A DNA stretch of 32,000 nt from Phycisphaera mikurensis NBRC 102666 (lineage in GTDB: Bacteria > Planctomycetota > Phycisphaerae > Phycisphaerales > Phycisphaeraceae). The notes below the pieces were generated by a model. That model ran no database searches. It worked only from the letters and a program-made list of their open reading frames with translations, and was not told where the DNA came from. The position numbers and the translations under genes were made by a program. The stretch spans positions 2,550,001 through 2,582,000 of the forward strand of contig NC_017080.1 of the NCBI RefSeq assembly GCF_000284115.1, given 5' to 3'. Positions 31,610-32,000 of this stretch are shown here, piece by piece (the first letter of the stretch is position 1; each line of letters starts with the position of its first letter).

Positions 31610-32000
31610 CCTCCCGCGTCGGCCGCCGAAGCGGCCGGGCTGTTGATTGTCCAGTCGTAGCCCATGAAGCGGAGCTCGCCCGCGTCCGCCGCCGCCACCG
31701 CGGCGTCCCGCCGCGGGCCCGCGGGCAGGTACGCCTCGAACATGTCGGCGAGCGAGTCGAAGGGTTCGCCGCCGTCGAAGTCGCCGGCGTACCAATCGAG
31801 GATCCTCGAGGCGGTGACGGTGCCGTCGTCCCCGACCACCAGCCCGTCGGGCGCCTGCAGCCAGCGCGTCGCCACGTTGCGGAACTGCCGGTCCAGCTCC
31901 GGCCCGCGGTAGGGCTCGTCCAGCAGCGGCGGGCACGACAGCGCCCCGCACACCAGCGCGAAGTGGATCCGCGCGTCGCCGTAGGTCGGGCGGATCAGCC
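31606..32000 (-). CDS. DUF547-domain protein (5' end outside window)
   Basis: C-terminal part IRPTYGDARIHFALVCGALSCPPLLDEPYRGPELDRQFRNVATRWLQAPDG ... ILDWYAGDFD. The frame runs off the window end. Confidence 0.8.
   Translation of the reverse strand, partial: LIRPTYGDARIHFALVCGALSCPPLLDEPYRGPELDRQFRNVATRWLQAPDGLVVGDDGTVTASRILDWYAGDFDGGEPFDSLADMFEAYLPAGPRRDAAVAAADAGELRFMGYDWTINSPAASAADAGG

Overview
This is a very GC-rich bacterial window. Gene content and protein style suggest a Phycisphaera-like planctomycete, which is an inference. It is dominated by one large minus-strand flagellar cluster at about 4.3-19.3 kb, in transcription order: FlgN-like, sensor kinase, sigma54 response regulator, flgB, flgC, fliE, fliF, fliG, fliH, fliI, fliJ, MotE-like, fliK-like, flgD, flgE, flbD. 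Flanking genes encode MgtE (5' truncated by the window), a sodium/solute symporter, a CPBP protease, a GMC oxidoreductase, a cyclase-family hydrolase, a metallophosphoesterase, PurC, a sigma70-family factor, a SulP transporter, glycosyltransferases (GT9 and GT2), an SDR and a partial DUF547 protein. I see no defence island, CRISPR array or obviously novel multigene system. The most interesting signals are non-coding or architectural: (1) a 46-bp inverted-repeat element, CCGCGGACCG-N26-CGGTCCGCGG, seen four times with perfect arms and once with one mismatch, always with the same total span, at two intergenic and three intragenic sites; (2) a complete IS5-like insertion sequence placed in a CTAG that overlaps the stop codon of one gene, 9 nt from the start of the next, splitting what was probably an operon; (3) an exact sigma54 -24/-12 promoter just upstream of flgB, matching the sigma54 activator gene next to it; (4) pyrimidine-rich tandem octamer (or 2x8) arrays immediately downstream of several minus-strand stop codons; (5) a sigma factor with a Lys/Ala-rich C-terminal tail.
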